NCBI GenBank assembly: GCA_035328465.1
Contig: DAOLIQ010000003.1
Span: 3,976 to 67,975 of the forward strand
Source of the DNA: Ignavibacteriaceae bacterium
GTDB taxonomy: Bacteria > Bacteroidota > Ignavibacteria > Ignavibacteriales > Ignavibacteriaceae
Direction of reading: 5' to 3'
DNA: 64,000 bases
In this document: positions 7,895 to 18,909 of the stretch, in pieces
Layout: the number at the start of each line of letters is the position of its first letter
Position numbering within the stretch: the stretch's first letter is position 1
Notes under the pieces: model-generated
Databases searched by the model: none
Told to the model about the DNA's origin: nothing
What the model saw: the letters and a program-made list of their open reading frames with translations, nothing else
Made by a program: the position numbers and the translations under genes

Positions 7895-9481
7895 ATGAAA
7901 ATGAAAAAGTTAATGATCATATTTTTATTATCCTCCATTTATATCAATGCTCAGTTCAATACAATATGGGAAAAGTCTGCATCGTTGAATAATTTACCAT
8001 CATGGTTTTCAGCCTCAGATACGAGAGAAAGAGGGTTTGCAGTTAGTTACAATAATGGAAGTCCAAGAGTTTATGTAATAAGTAACAAAGCTGATCCGAC
8101 CGTTATAATATTAAATGCTTTCACAGGAGATTCTGTTGGAACACTTAATACTACTGGAATTTCAGGAGGTCTGATACCATTGAACGACATCAGCACTCTT
8201 GGATATGGAGGGATATCTCCAATTTATGCATGTAACTTGACTGATAACGCTCAGGTTAATCCATTCAAAATTTATAGATGGGAAAATGAAAACAGCACAC
8301 CAGAATTGATAATAACAGACGATACATTACCACTCAGATTAGGAGATCATTTTAGCTCGACAGTATTTTTTCCATACCGAATTATAGCCGCTGCTTCAAA
8401 CACAAATAAAATTATTGATTATTCATCTTCAAATGGAAATCCTCCCTTTTTCAGAAAGGTTGTTATTTTAAGCGATGGTGTGATTGCTAACAATGCCTCC
8501 GCAGATTATAATTGGATTTATCCAACGTCTTATGGCGGGTATGTTGTCAATTCAGATGGTCACAGACCAAAATTCTATGATACAACTGGAGTATTCTTGG
8601 GCGAAAGTTCTGATACAATCATATCAGCAGAAAACAATTCAATAAAATTTTTTGCCAATGGTACTTTATGCTGCGATGCACCTTTCTATACAACTTATCA
8701 ATATGGAATAAACAATGCTGCACTTGTTTTGTCTGCGGGATATACCGACTACGAATTCCATTGGGGAGAAACACCTTCACTTGGCAGCAACCCAAATCCA
8801 GAAAACTTTGGAGATGTAGCGTACTACTGGTCGGATAATACACATCTGTATATTTACGTACTTGCAGGAAACAATGGTATTGGAGCTTATTTGACACCCG
8901 GATTAACTTTGCCTGTTGAATTAACATCTTTCAATGCTGAAAAATCTGGAACCGAAATAATATTAAACTGGCAAACCGCCACCGAAACCAACAACCAAGG
9001 ATTTGAGGTTCAGAGAAAAGCTTCTGTTGGAGATTTTGTCGCAATTGGATTTATCGAAGGAAAAGGAACATCAACTGAACAGCAAAATTATTCCTTTACT
9101 GATAAAAGTCTTTCTGAAGGGAAATATTCTTACAGACTAAAACAAAATGACTATGATGGATCATTTGAATATTCAAAAATAATTGAAGTTGAAATTCACA
9201 ATTCATTAGAATTCTCCCTCTCCCAAAACTACCCAAACCCATTTAACCCAAGCACAAAAATCAGTTGGCAGTCCCCAGTGGGCAGTTGGCAAACATTGAA
9301 AGTATATGACGTGTTAGGAAAACTTATAACTACTTTAATAGATGAGTATAAACCCGCAGGAAGTTATGAAGTCGAATTTAAGGCCACATTCGGCAGTCAT
9401 CATTTAGCTGATGGAATTTATTTTTATCAATTAAAAGCCGGAAGTTTTGTAGAAACCAAGAAAATGATTCTGCTCAAATAA
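7895..9481 (+). CDS. Secreted protein with a T9SS-type C-terminal sorting domain
   Basis: N-terminal signal peptide, internal LPVELTSFNA...NWQTATETNNQGFEVQRK module, and a C-terminal NYPNPFNPSTKISW...YFYQLKAGSFVETKKMILLK typical of Por/T9SS CTDs. SD-like AAGGAG lies upstream. Confidence 0.75.
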   Translation: MKMKKLMIIFLLSSIYINAQFNTIWEKSASLNNLPSWFSASDTRERGFAVSYNNGSPRVYVISNKADPTVIILNAFTGDSVGTLNTTGISGGLIPLNDISTLGYGGISPIYACNLTDNAQVNPFKIYRWENENSTPELIITDDTLPLRLGDHFSSTVFFPYRIIAAASNTNKIIDYSSSNGNPPFFRKVVILSDGVIANNASADYNWIYPTSYGGYVVNSDGHRPKFYDTTGVFLGESSDTIISAENNSIKFFANGTLCCDAPFYTTYQYGINNAALVLSAGYTDYEFHWGETPSLGSNPNPENFGDVAYYWSDNTHLYIYVLAGNNGIGAYLTPGLTLPVELTSFNAEKSGTEIILNWQTATETNNQGFEVQRKASVGDFVAIGFIEGKGTSTEQQNYSFTDKSLSEGKYSYRLKQNDYDGSFEYSKIIEVEIHNSLEFSLSQNYPNPFNPSTKISWQSPVGSWQTLKVYDVLGKLITTLIDEYKPAGSYEVEFKATFGSHHLADGIYFYQLKAGSFVETKKMILLK

Positions 9482-9559
9482 TTTTTTGTTTGGTTAAGCT
9501 TTCTTTAAGTTAAATCAGTTGAAGAGAAAATTGTTTAAGAACATTAAAGGTTAAATAAA

Positions 9560-9793
9560 ATGAAGGCAAAACAAATACTCCTTTTAATAATCGGCGCTAT
9601 ATTTCTGATCATAGTGCTTCAAAATACGGAAGAGATACTGGTTACTTTTTTCTTCTGGTCAGTCACACTTCCCAAGATTGTTGTTCTGCTTATTTCCGCT
9701 TTGATCGGATTTGTCGCCGGCATTCTTATTTTTAGCATCACCACGAAAAGAAAATTAAAAGCAAAAGAACTTGAACAAAAAGAAGTTGGTTGA
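9560..9793 (+). CDS. Small LapA-like (DUF1049) inner membrane protein
   Basis: 77 aa with two TM helices and a K/E-rich tail; general resemblance to LapA-domain proteins. Confidence 0.55.
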   Translation: MKAKQILLLIIGAIFLIIVLQNTEEILVTFFFWSVTLPKIVVLLISALIGFVAGILIFSITTKRKLKAKELEQKEVG

Positions 9794-9901
9794 ATCTGTT
9801 TTTATTGTATTTATCAAAACGCTCTTACTTTTGAAGAATAATTAATTAACACTTCCTTTCTTGCTTATTCGGTAAAATAGTGCTAAGTTTGTAGTCAAAG
9901 T

Positions 9902-9929
9902 TCGCCCTAATTAGGGCGATTTTTGTTTC
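9902..9929 (+). terminator. Intrinsic terminator-like hairpin plus T-tract directly in front of the rimP start codon
   Basis: TCGCCCT-AATT-AGGGCGA (7 bp GC-rich stem) followed by TTTTTGTTTCT, then the ATG at 9931. Confidence 0.65.
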
Positions 9930-9930
9930 T

Positions 9931-10386
9931 ATGGATTTATTAAAACAAAAGATAGCTCAGATTGCAAAAGATATTTCAGAGCGAAACAATTTATTTCTTA
10001 TAGATTTAATTCTACGTGGAAATGAAAGCAAGCGCATCATCGAAGTTTACATTGACGGCGAAGTAATTGTTACAGCCGATACCCTTGCTGCTGTCAGCCG
10101 CGAAATAGATGACCAAATTTATAAGGAAGAGTTAATCTCCGGCAGTTACAGGCTGGACGTCTCAACTCCCGGAGTTGAACGACCGCTAAAATATCTTCAG
10201 CAATATGTTAAGCATATTGGCAGAAAAATGCAGATGAAAGTAAATCTTAATGGCGAAGAAAAAGAATTTACAGGCAAACTTTTGCAAGTTGAAGAGAGCA
10301 ATCTTTTTTTTGATATTGAAAATGTAGAATCATTAATAAAATTTGAACAAATAATTTCAGCTAAAGTAATAATCAGTTTTAGATAG
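9931..10386 (+). CDS. rimP: Ribosome maturation factor RimP
   Basis: 151 aa, LDVSTPGVERPL motif, positioned directly upstream of nusA. Confidence 0.9.
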   Translation: MDLLKQKIAQIAKDISERNNLFLIDLILRGNESKRIIEVYIDGEVIVTADTLAAVSREIDDQIYKEELISGSYRLDVSTPGVERPLKYLQQYVKHIGRKMQMKVNLNGEEKEFTGKLLQVEESNLFFDIENVESLIKFEQIISAKVIISFR

Positions 10387-10400
10387 AGGAGAACGATAAA

Positions 10401-11648
10401 ATGAATTACGATATTGTCGAATCCTTTTCTCAGATGGTTCGGGAAAAAGGTATTGATAAAGACGTATTAGGCGGAATTCTGGAAGAGATCTTCGGATTGC
10501 TTGTAAGAAAAAAATACGGTGAAGAAGCACGCTACGACGTAGTAGTGAATATGGATAAAGGCGATATAGAAATATTTCTCGAACGTGAAATAGTCGAATC
10601 TGTCACTGATCCAAACACACAAATAAGCATAGATGAAATAAATCAACGCGGAAATGATGATGGTCTTGAACCTGGCGAAGACTTTGTAGAGAAAATCGAG
10701 CTCTCAACTTTAGGCAGAAGATTAATCGTACTTGCAAAGCAATCGCTCAACCAAAAAATACGCGATCTTGAAAAAGAAATCATTTACAATGAATATAACG
10801 AACTGCTTAACGAAATAGTAGTTGGAGATATTTATCAGATAAGAAGAAACGATGTGCTTGTTAACCACAATAAAAACGAACTGCTCCTTCCGAGAAGTGA
10901 ACAAATACCTTTTGAGAGATATAAAAAAGGTGAAACCATCCGTGCAGTTGTTAAGGAAGTTCGAAAAGGAGCAAATGGACCGCAAATAATAATCTCGCGT
11001 ACTGATAATTTATTTTTAAGAAGATTATTCGAAATTGAAGTGCCTGAAATTTATGACGGAATTATTGAGATAAAATCAATCGCACGCGAGCCGGGTGAAA
11101 GAGCAAAAGTTGCAGTAGAATCGCGCGACGCACGAATAGACGCAGTCGGTGCTTGTGTTGGTATGAAAGGGGTAAGAATCCACGCAATAGTAAGAGAACT
11201 GAACAATGAAAATATTGATGTAGTAAACTACGCAGAAGACCCTGCCGTTTATATTCAACGCGCCCTATCACCATCAAAAATTAAAAAAGTGGAAGTTGAC
11301 GAAGTAAATAAAAAAGCAATTGTATCAGCAGATAGCGATCAGGTTTCACTAATAGTTGGCAGAAATGGTGTTAATATCAGGTTGGCAATAAAGTTGACAG
11401 GATATGAAATAGATATTCTTCGTGAACAAAAACCCTACGATGAATATGATGAGGATATCGAACTTATAGATCTTAAAGAAGAACTCGGCAGCGATGTCTA
11501 TGAATTGCTAATCAATAATCGTTATGATACTGCTCTTGAAGTTTTAACTGCAGGTCCTGAAAAACTTAAAGAAATAGAAGGACTTGAAGAAGATAAGATT
11601 AAAGAAATTATAGAGATAATTAAATCACAATTTGAAGAAGAAGAATAG
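10401..11648 (+). CDS. nusA: Transcription termination/antitermination factor NusA
   Basis: S1 domain plus two KH domains (GACVGMKGVRI, IVGRNGVNIRLA). GAGGAG SD upstream; conserved operon position. Confidence 0.95.
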   Translation: MNYDIVESFSQMVREKGIDKDVLGGILEEIFGLLVRKKYGEEARYDVVVNMDKGDIEIFLEREIVESVTDPNTQISIDEINQRGNDDGLEPGEDFVEKIELSTLGRRLIVLAKQSLNQKIRDLEKEIIYNEYNELLNEIVVGDIYQIRRNDVLVNHNKNELLLPRSEQIPFERYKKGETIRAVVKEVRKGANGPQIIISRTDNLFLRRLFEIEVPEIYDGIIEIKSIAREPGERAKVAVESRDARIDAVGACVGMKGVRIHAIVRELNNENIDVVNYAEDPAVYIQRALSPSKIKKVEVDEVNKKAIVSADSDQVSLIVGRNGVNIRLAIKLTGYEIDILREQKPYDEYDEDIELIDLKEELGSDVYELLINNRYDTALEVLTAGPEKLKEIEGLEEDKIKEIIEIIKSQFEEEE

Positions 11649-11669
11649 TACAAGACTGGCTTTCTAATT

Positions 11670-14357
11670 ATGACCGAACCAAAAAGTAAAAAAATAAGAA
11701 TTTATAAACTTGCATCTGAGCATAATCTCTCAGCAGAAGCTATTACTGAATTTCTCCAAAAGAAAGGTTATGAAGTAAAGAATCATATGTCCCTTCTTAC
11801 TGAAGAAATGATTACGGAAGTAAGTAACCATTTTAAAAAAGATATTGAGAAAGCAGAAAAGCACTATCAAAAGTTAGCTGAATTCAATAAGAAACGTAAA
11901 GAAAAAACTGAAGCAGAAGCTGGAAAGGAAAAAACAAAAACATTAAAAGTTTCTTCCGAGCCGGTGATTGAAATAGTTGAAATTGAAAAGCCATCTACAA
12001 TAACCACTCCTCCTTCTCAAATCAAAACCGAAGGCGAAATAAAAATTCCCGTCGCCGAGGAACTTCTTGAAGAAGTTGTAACAGATGAAATAGAAATCAA
12101 GCAACCAGAAGTTGAGTCACCTGTGCAGCCGGAGGTTGAAGAAACTATTCCAATTCCCGAAGAAGAAGTGCCTAAAAAGAAATCGTTTATCTCCCCAAAA
12201 GACATAGAGGGTTCAAAAAGAAAAGGTCTAAAAGTAGTCGGCAAGATGGACCTCAATTCCGGGAAACTAAAGAAACCGGGAGTTGAGGAAGTTGCACCTG
12301 AGCCTAAAATTGTGAAAGAGGAAATAAAATTAGACGAACAGGAAACTTTAAAGAAAAAGAAAAAGCCAAGAACAAAGAAAAAAGCAGACGAAGTTCCGAC
12401 AGTTGAAGAAACCCCGGCAACAAAGAAAAAGAAAAGAATTAAACGATTTGAAATTGATCAAAAAGATGTTACAGATGCAATCCGTAAAACTCTTATCAGT
12501 ATGGATGAAACAGGTTTGTCGCAAAGAGCACTATCTAGAAAACGAAAAAGAAAAGAAAGAGAAGAACAAGAAGATATAAAAGAAGAGAAGAGAATACACG
12601 ATAAAAGCATTCTTAGAGTAACTGAATATATTGCAGTTAATGAGCTTGCTAACCTAATGGAAGTAAATGTAAGTGATGTTATTGCCAAATGCATCGAACT
12701 AGGATTGATGGTTTCGATAAATCAAAGACTGGATGTTGATACAATCACACTCGTTGCCGATGAATTTGGATTCCAGGTTGAATTTCAAGAAGAATATACT
12801 TCAGAAGAATTGGAAGATGAAGTTGACAAACCCGAGACTCTTAAATTCCGTTCGCCTGTTGTAACTGTAATGGGGCATGTTGATCATGGAAAAACTTCAC
12901 TTCTTGATTATATTAGAAGAGCTAATGTAGTTGCTGGAGAATCGGGTGGAATAACACAACATATCGGAGCTTATCGTGTTGATGTTGGCAATGGAAAATT
13001 TATCACATTCCTTGATACTCCCGGTCACGAAGCATTTACTGCTATGCGTGCAAGGGGTGCACAATTAACTGATATAGTAGTTTTAGTAATTGCCGCCGAT
13101 GATGCAGTGATGCCGCAAACTATCGAAGCAATTAATCACGCACAGGCAGCTTCCGTTCCAATTGTAATTGCTATAAATAAAATAGATAAACCGGGAGCTA
13201 ACCCTGATAGGATAAGGCAGCAGCTTGCTGACAGAAATATTCTTGTTGAAGACTGGGGCGGGAAATATCAATGTATTGAATTATCTGCTAAAAGCGGTTT
13301 AAAAGTTGATGTACTTCTTGAAAAAATTCTTCTGGAATCTGAACTCCTTGATTTAAAAGCTAACCCTGATAGACACGCCAGAGGTGTGGTTGTAGAATCC
13401 GAACTTGATAAAGGCAGGGGTATAACTTCAACAATATTGATTCAGAAAGGAACTTTAAGAATTGGCGATCCATTTGTGGCGGGAATTCATTTCGGCAAAG
13501 TACGTGCAATGTTCGATGAAAGAGGCAATAAAGTTACGGAGGCTCCTCCTTCAACTCCTGTGCAAACACTGGGTTTCGAAGGCCCTCCTCAAGCCGGTGA
13601 TTCTTTCATCGTAGTTGATTCAGAAAGAACCGCGCGTGCAATCAGCAATCGCAGACAACAACTAAAACGTGAGATTGACCAAAAGCAAGTTCACCACATC
13701 ACACTTGATGAAATATCAAATCAAATCAGCATAGGGGGAGTTAAAGAACTTGCCCTTATTGTTAAAGGTGATGTCGACGGTTCGGTTGAAGCGTTATCTG
13801 ATTCTCTGATGAAACTATCTACCCAGGAAGTAATTGTCCGGGTTATTCATAAAGGCGTCGGCGGTATTTCCGAAAACGATGTTCTGCTTGCATCTGCTTC
13901 AAATGCTATTATTATTGGCTTCCATGTTAGACCAAACTTGAATGCCCGTAGATTGGCTGAAAATCAAAAGGTGGATATCAGACTTTACAGCGTAATCTAT
14001 AACGCAATCAACGAAGTGAAATCTGCCCTTGAAGGATTACTTTCCCCGATACTTTCTGAGGAGGTTACATCCACAGTAGAAGTGAGAGAAACTTTCAAAG
14101 TTCCTAAAGTGGGAACTGTTGCAGGTTGTTATGTGCAGGAAGGCAAACTACAGAGATCAAATAAAATCAGACTGCTTCGCGAAGGTATAGTTATCTTTGA
14201 AGGCGATATAGATAACCTGAAAAGATTTAAGGATGATGTCCGTGAAGTAGAAGCTGGTTATGAATGCGGCTTAAATATCAGAAATTATAATGATCTGAAA
14301 ATTGGTGATATAATTGAATCATTCAAGATTATTGAGACAAAGAAAAAACTAAGCTAA
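11670..14357 (+). CDS. infB: Translation initiation factor IF-2
   Basis: GTPase motifs [17 protein letters not shown] and NKID, with a K/E-rich N-terminal region typical of IF-2. Confidence 0.97.
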   Translation: MTEPKSKKIRIYKLASEHNLSAEAITEFLQKKGYEVKNHMSLLTEEMITEVSNHFKKDIEKAEKHYQKLAEFNKKRKEKTEAEAGKEKTKTLKVSSEPVIEIVEIEKPSTITTPPSQIKTEGEIKIPVAEELLEEVVTDEIEIKQPEVESPVQPEVEETIPIPEEEVPKKKSFISPKDIEGSKRKGLKVVGKMDLNSGKLKKPGVEEVAPEPKIVKEEIKLDEQETLKKKKKPRTKKKADEVPTVEETPATKKKKRIKRFEIDQKDVTDAIRKTLISMDETGLSQRALSRKRKRKEREEQEDIKEEKRIHDKSILRVTEYIAVNELANLMEVNVSDVIAKCIELGLMVSINQRLDVDTITLVADEFGFQVEFQEEYTSEELEDEVDKPETLKFRSPVVTVMGHVDHGKTSLLDYIRRANVVAGESGGITQHIGAYRVDVGNGKFITFLDTPGHEAFTAMRARGAQLTDIVVLVIAADDAVMPQTIEAINHAQAASVPIVIAINKIDKPGANPDRIRQQLADRNILVEDWGGKYQCIELSAKSGLKVDVLLEKILLESELLDLKANPDRHARGVVVESELDKGRGITSTILIQKGTLRIGDPFVAGIHFGKVRAMFDERGNKVTEAPPSTPVQTLGFEGPPQAGDSFIVVDSERTARAISNRRQQLKREIDQKQVHHITLDEISNQISIGGVKELALIVKGDVDGSVEALSDSLMKLSTQEVIVRVIHKGVGGISENDVLLASASNAIIIGFHVRPNLNARRLAENQKVDIRLYSVIYNAINEVKSALEGLLSPILSEEVTSTVEVRETFKVPKVGTVAGCYVQEGKLQRSNKIRLLREGIVIFEGDIDNLKRFKDDVREVEAGYECGLNIRNYNDLKIGDIIESFKIIETKKKLS

Positions 14358-14398
14358 GCAGATATTATTGTAATAACTTAATACGAATTACATTTTAG

Positions 14399-14761
14399 AT
14401 GGGCACTTCGCATAGAATTGATAGAGTTGAAAGTTTAATTAAAGAAGAACTAAGTACTATCTTTTTTCAAAAATTTGCACTCGAAGATCTTGGATTACTT
14501 ACAATCACAAAAGTCAAAGTCAGCCATGATCTGAAAATTGCAAAAGTTTACATTTCAATTTTTGAAAAAGAAAAAAGAGAACAGTCACTAAAAAAAATAA
14601 TTGCTAAATCTGGATTCATTCGTTTTGAATTAGCTTCACAAATAAAAATAAAATTTACTCCCGAACTGAAATTTTTTCTTGATGATTCGTTGGATTACGT
14701 TGAAAAGATAGATGGAATATTCAAACAGATACACGAAAATGATAACAAAGGCAACGACTGA
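14399..14761 (+). CDS. rbfA: Ribosome-binding factor A
   Basis: 120 aa with an N-terminal R..RV..LIKEELS pattern; sits between infB and truB. Confidence 0.9.
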   Translation: MGTSHRIDRVESLIKEELSTIFFQKFALEDLGLLTITKVKVSHDLKIAKVYISIFEKEKREQSLKKIIAKSGFIRFELASQIKIKFTPELKFFLDDSLDYVEKIDGIFKQIHENDNKGND

Positions 14762-15464
14762 TTATTCAGCACTCGATTTTAACTCCGGCGAGATTCTTCT
14801 TATTGATAAACCTTTCGGCTGGTCTTCATTCAAAGTTGTTTATAAGATCAGAAAATCAATTCCTGAAAAAAAGGTTGGACATGCTGGAACATTAGACCCG
14901 GCAGCAACCGGTTTATTGATTATTTGTACTGGAAAAAAAACTAAAGCAATTAGTTCTTTCCAGGATTTGAATAAAACGTATTCAGGAACAATCAGGCTCG
15001 GGGTTTCTTCCGCTTCAATGGATTTGGAAACAGAACAAATTATGATAGATGATTTGGAAAATATTACCGAAGAAAAGATTGTTTCAGCTGTAAAAAACTT
15101 TATAGGAAATATTATTCAAATGCCGCCAATGTTTTCGGCTGTAAAGGTGGGTGGAAAATCACTCTATCATCTGGCTCGTAAAGGAAAAACTATTGAACGA
15201 ACTCCCCGTGAAGTTTCTGTTTATGATTTCACTCTAACTAAAATAGAACTTCCAGAAGTTCATTTTGAAATTACATGTTCAAAGGGCACTTATATCAGAG
15301 CAATTGCTGATGATTTAGGAAAGATGCTCGGCTGCGGCGGAATTATTTCTTCACTTCGACGAACAAAGATTGGAGATTTTTCGGTTGATGATGCCTTGTC
15401 TGTAGAGGAATTTGTCGCTAATTCTAAAAATTCAATTCCAATTTTTGCTGATAGTATAAGCTGA
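14739..15464 (+). CDS. truB: tRNA pseudouridine(55) synthase TruB
   Basis: Catalytic motif GHAGTLDPAATGLL. The ORF track starts at 14712; I prefer the ATG at 14739. Either start overlaps the rbfA 3' end. Confidence 0.92.
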   Translation: MITKATTDYSALDFNSGEILLIDKPFGWSSFKVVYKIRKSIPEKKVGHAGTLDPAATGLLIICTGKKTKAISSFQDLNKTYSGTIRLGVSSASMDLETEQIMIDDLENITEEKIVSAVKNFIGNIIQMPPMFSAVKVGGKSLYHLARKGKTIERTPREVSVYDFTLTKIELPEVHFEITCSKGTYIRAIADDLGKMLGCGGIISSLRRTKIGDFSVDDALSVEEFVANSKNSIPIFADSIS

Positions 15465-15483
15465 GATTGATATTTCGAGTACG

Positions 15484-16419
15484 ATGAAAATATTTTCAGA
15501 TTTATCGCAGATTACTAAAGATAAAAATACTTTTGTAACTATCGGAACTTTTGATGGGGTACATTTAGGACATCAAAAAATTATTGAAAGAATTGAAACT
15601 TCAGCAAATCAAAAAAATTGCAGAAGCTTTTTAATAACATTTGAACCTCATCCGCGTAAGATCGTTTCGAAAGATTCTGTTATTAAACTTCTAACAACAA
15701 CGGAAGAAAAACTTTTAATCCTAAAGAAACTTAAAGTTCAGAATGTCTTTCTTGTTAATTTTACGGTAGAATTTTCTCAACTCTCTGCTGATGAGTTTGT
15801 TAAAAAATATATAATTGATGGAATGGGTGTAAAAGAAATTATTATTGGCTACGATCATCATTTCGGCAAAGACAGGAGCGGTGATTTAAAAAAATTAACC
15901 CAGCTTGGTAAAGAATTTGATTTTAGCCTAAGCATGGTTGAAGAAGTTAAAATTAATGAGCAGGTTGTCAGCAGTACAAAAATCAGGAACGCACTTGCAG
16001 AAGGAAACCTTCTTACTGCAAATTCTTTCCTTGGAAGATATTATTCCTTCAGCGGCAAAGTTATTCACGGTGACAAACGCGGAAGAACACTGGGATATCC
16101 GACTGCCAATCTTCGAATTGATGAAGATAAACTTTTACCGGCTTTAGGAATTTACCTTTGTGAAGTTATAGTTAATAATGAAAAATATTATGGACTTTTG
16201 AGCATCGGAAGAAGACCTACTTTTTATTCTGAGGGAGAAATAATTCCTGAAGTTTTTATCTTAAATTTCGATGAAGATATTTATGATGCAATTATCACGC
16301 TAAATCTGATTGAAAGAATACGAAGTGAAAAAAAATTTGATTCGGTTGAGGATCTTATTAAACAAATGGACGAAGATAAAAAGACAGCACTAAAAATTTT
16401 AGAAAAAATAAATAATTAA
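15484..16419 (+). CDS. ribF: Bifunctional riboflavin kinase / FAD synthetase
   Basis: GTFDGVHLGHQ nucleotidyltransferase motif and a C-terminal riboflavin kinase domain (GRTLGYPTANL). Confidence 0.95.
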   Translation: MKIFSDLSQITKDKNTFVTIGTFDGVHLGHQKIIERIETSANQKNCRSFLITFEPHPRKIVSKDSVIKLLTTTEEKLLILKKLKVQNVFLVNFTVEFSQLSADEFVKKYIIDGMGVKEIIIGYDHHFGKDRSGDLKKLTQLGKEFDFSLSMVEEVKINEQVVSSTKIRNALAEGNLLTANSFLGRYYSFSGKVIHGDKRGRTLGYPTANLRIDEDKLLPALGIYLCEVIVNNEKYYGLLSIGRRPTFYSEGEIIPEVFILNFDEDIYDAIITLNLIERIRSEKKFDSVEDLIKQMDEDKKTALKILEKINN

Positions 16420-16470
16420 TCCCGGTTAATTCTGGGCTTACATTAAATCATAAATCAAAGGATCAATAAA

Positions 16471-16734
16471 ATGACAAAAGAAGAAAAACTTGAGCTAATC
16501 AAGAAATACGGTACTAATGAAAAAGACTCCGGCAAATCTGAAGTACAGATCGCATTGTTGACTAAAAGAATTAACGATCTGACAGGGCATTTCGGCGTAC
16601 ACAAAAAAGATCATCACTCTCGCCGCGGCCTACTGATGATGGTTGGAAAACGCAGAAGACTTTTAGATTATCTCATGAAAAAAGACATCGAGAGATACAG
16701 AGCAATAATTAAAGAATTGAATATTAGAAAGTAA
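16471..16734 (+). CDS. rpsO: 30S ribosomal protein S15
   Basis: 87 aa with [15 protein letters not shown]...[12 protein letters not shown], the canonical S15 sequence. Confidence 0.97.
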   Translation: MTKEEKLELIKKYGTNEKDSGKSEVQIALLTKRINDLTGHFGVHKKDHHSRRGLLMMVGKRRRLLDYLMKKDIERYRAIIKELNIRK

Positions 16735-16748
16735 AAAAGGTTTATTAA

Positions 16749-18851
16749 ATGATAGTTAAAAAAGAAATTGAAATTGGCGGAAAAGTTTTTTCGATCGAAA
16801 CCGGACGCTTTGCAAAACAAGCAAACGGTGCGGTTATGGTTAGATATAACGATACGATGGTGCTTGTTACTGCCGTTGCCTCACCGGAAGCAAAAGAAGA
16901 TATGGACTATTTTCCTCTTCAAGTTGAATACCGTGAGAAATCTTCAGCAGCTGGTAAATTCCCGGGGGGATATATTAAACGTGAAGGTCGACCAAGTGAA
17001 AAGGAAATCCTAAGTGCAAGGTTGGTGGATAGACCAATTAGACCCTTATTTCCCGAAAACTTTACAAACGAAACACAGATAGTCGCAACTGTTTTTTCGT
17101 TCGATGGCGAAAATGACCCGGATGTTTTAGCAGCGGTTGGTGCTTCGGCGGCTCTTTGTATTTCGGAAATACCCTTCAACGGACCGATTGCAGAGATTCG
17201 TATTGGAAGACTCGATGGTAATTTCATTGTTAATCCAACACATGCTCAAACTGAAAAAAGTGATATTGAATTAGTCGTTGCAGGAACAGCAGATTCAATA
17301 ATGATGGTTGAAGGTGAGGCAAAAGAAGTCAGCGAAAATGATTTACTCGACGCCTTAAAATTTGCCCAGGGAGAAATTAAAAAAATTGTCCAGCTTCAAA
17401 ATGAATTAGTTGCAGAAGTTAGCAAAGCAAAATGGACTGTCGCAGAAAAAATGATTGATCCAGATTTGAAAGCAGAAGTTTATTCATTGGCGCTGGATAA
17501 ATTTAAAGAGATAGTTTATTCCGTCCTTTCAAAAGATGAAAGATCTAATAAGAATAAAGAACTCGCGGAATTTGTTAATACAACTCTTGCCGAAAAATTT
17601 CCTGAACAGGAAAAAGTAATAAATTTAATTCTTCATGATATGGAAAAAGAATTAATGCGTAATAGAATTCTTGAAGATGGAATTCGTCTGGATGGAAGAA
17701 ATACTACTCAGGTTCGTCCGATCAGTATTGAATTGGGATTGCTCCCACGCGCTCATGGTTCTGCATTATTTACACGCGGCGAAACGCAGAGTTTAACAAC
17801 GGTAACTCTCGGTACAAAAAATGACGAGCAGACTATTGACGGATTAAGAGAAGAATACACTAAAAAGTTTATGCTGCATTATAACTTCCCCCCTTACTCT
17901 GTTGGTGAAGTTGGTAGAATGACTGGTGTTGGCAGAAGAGAAATCGGACATGGAAATCTTGCCGAACGTTCGCTTAAAGGAATGCTTCCGGCAGAAGACA
18001 AATTTCCGTATACGGTTCGTGTTATTTCGGATATCCTTGAATCAAATGGATCTTCTTCAATGGCTACTGTTTGTGCTGGTTCACTTTCACTTATGGATGC
18101 AGGTGTACCTTTTCGTAAAGCTGTTTCCGGAATTGCAATGGGGCTTGTAAAGGAAGGGGATAAATATGCAATCCTTACAGACATTCTCGGCAATGAAGAT
18201 CATCTTGGCGATATGGATTTTAAAGTTGCCGGAACTGCTGATGGTATTACAGGTTTCCAGATGGATATTAAAATTCAGGGTATCTCTTTTGAAATTATGG
18301 AGAAAGCTGTTAAGCAGGCTCGTGAAGGACGCATGCATATTCTTGGAATTATGAATGAAGCGATTTCGCAAGCAAGAGATTACCTATCCCCATTTGCTCC
18401 AAGATTATTAACAATGAAAGTTGAAACAGATCAGATAGGTTTGATAATTGGACCCGGAGGTAAAACTATTCAAGGTATGCAGCGGCTCTTCGGTGTCGAT
18501 ATTAATATCGATGATGATGGAACAATTAATATTGCTTCACCTAATAAAGAAAATGCTGCAAGATGTAAAGACCACATCAAAAAAATGACAGCCACTCCCG
18601 AAGTTGGTGAAATTTATGACGGTGTTGTTACAAAGATCATGGACTTTGGTGCTTTTGTCGAAATTCTTCCGGGCAAAGAAGGATTACTTCATATTTCACA
18701 GATCGATAGTAAACGAGTTGAAAAGGTTAGTGATTACCTCAAACAAGGTGACAAAGTAACCGTTAAAGTGATTAAGATTGAAAACGGAAAGTATTCTCTA
18801 AGCAGAAAAGAACTGCTTAAAGAGCAATCTGCATCTTCAACTAATCAATAA
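16749..18851 (+). CDS. pnp: Polyribonucleotide nucleotidyltransferase (PNPase)
   Basis: Two RNase PH domains, KH (IGPGGKTIQ) and S1 (GEIYDGVVTKIMDFGAFVE) domains, 700 aa. Confidence 0.97.
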   Translation: MIVKKEIEIGGKVFSIETGRFAKQANGAVMVRYNDTMVLVTAVASPEAKEDMDYFPLQVEYREKSSAAGKFPGGYIKREGRPSEKEILSARLVDRPIRPLFPENFTNETQIVATVFSFDGENDPDVLAAVGASAALCISEIPFNGPIAEIRIGRLDGNFIVNPTHAQTEKSDIELVVAGTADSIMMVEGEAKEVSENDLLDALKFAQGEIKKIVQLQNELVAEVSKAKWTVAEKMIDPDLKAEVYSLALDKFKEIVYSVLSKDERSNKNKELAEFVNTTLAEKFPEQEKVINLILHDMEKELMRNRILEDGIRLDGRNTTQVRPISIELGLLPRAHGSALFTRGETQSLTTVTLGTKNDEQTIDGLREEYTKKFMLHYNFPPYSVGEVGRMTGVGRREIGHGNLAERSLKGMLPAEDKFPYTVRVISDILESNGSSSMATVCAGSLSLMDAGVPFRKAVSGIAMGLVKEGDKYAILTDILGNEDHLGDMDFKVAGTADGITGFQMDIKIQGISFEIMEKAVKQAREGRMHILGIMNEAISQARDYLSPFAPRLLTMKVETDQIGLIIGPGGKTIQGMQRLFGVDINIDDDGTINIASPNKENAARCKDHIKKMTATPEVGEIYDGVVTKIMDFGAFVEILPGKEGLLHISQIDSKRVEKVSDYLKQGDKVTVKVIKIENGKYSLSRKELLKEQSASSTNQ

Positions 18852-18868
18852 ACAAAATGGCTTTCCAA

Positions 18869-18909
18869 TTCTTTTCGGATCCTTGTTGATCCGGAAAGAA
18901 TTTGATTTT
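18869..18909 (+). terminator. Rho-independent terminator after pnp
   Basis: 13-bp stem TTCTTTTCGGATC / GATCCGGAAAGAA (one G-U pair), 6-nt loop, then TTTGATTTT. Confidence 0.8.

Noticed and set aside
11900-12620. K/E-rich low-complexity, purine-rich stretch
   Set aside because: It lies within the N-terminal variable region of IF-2, where such composition is usual. It is in frame with infB and has no independent feature.
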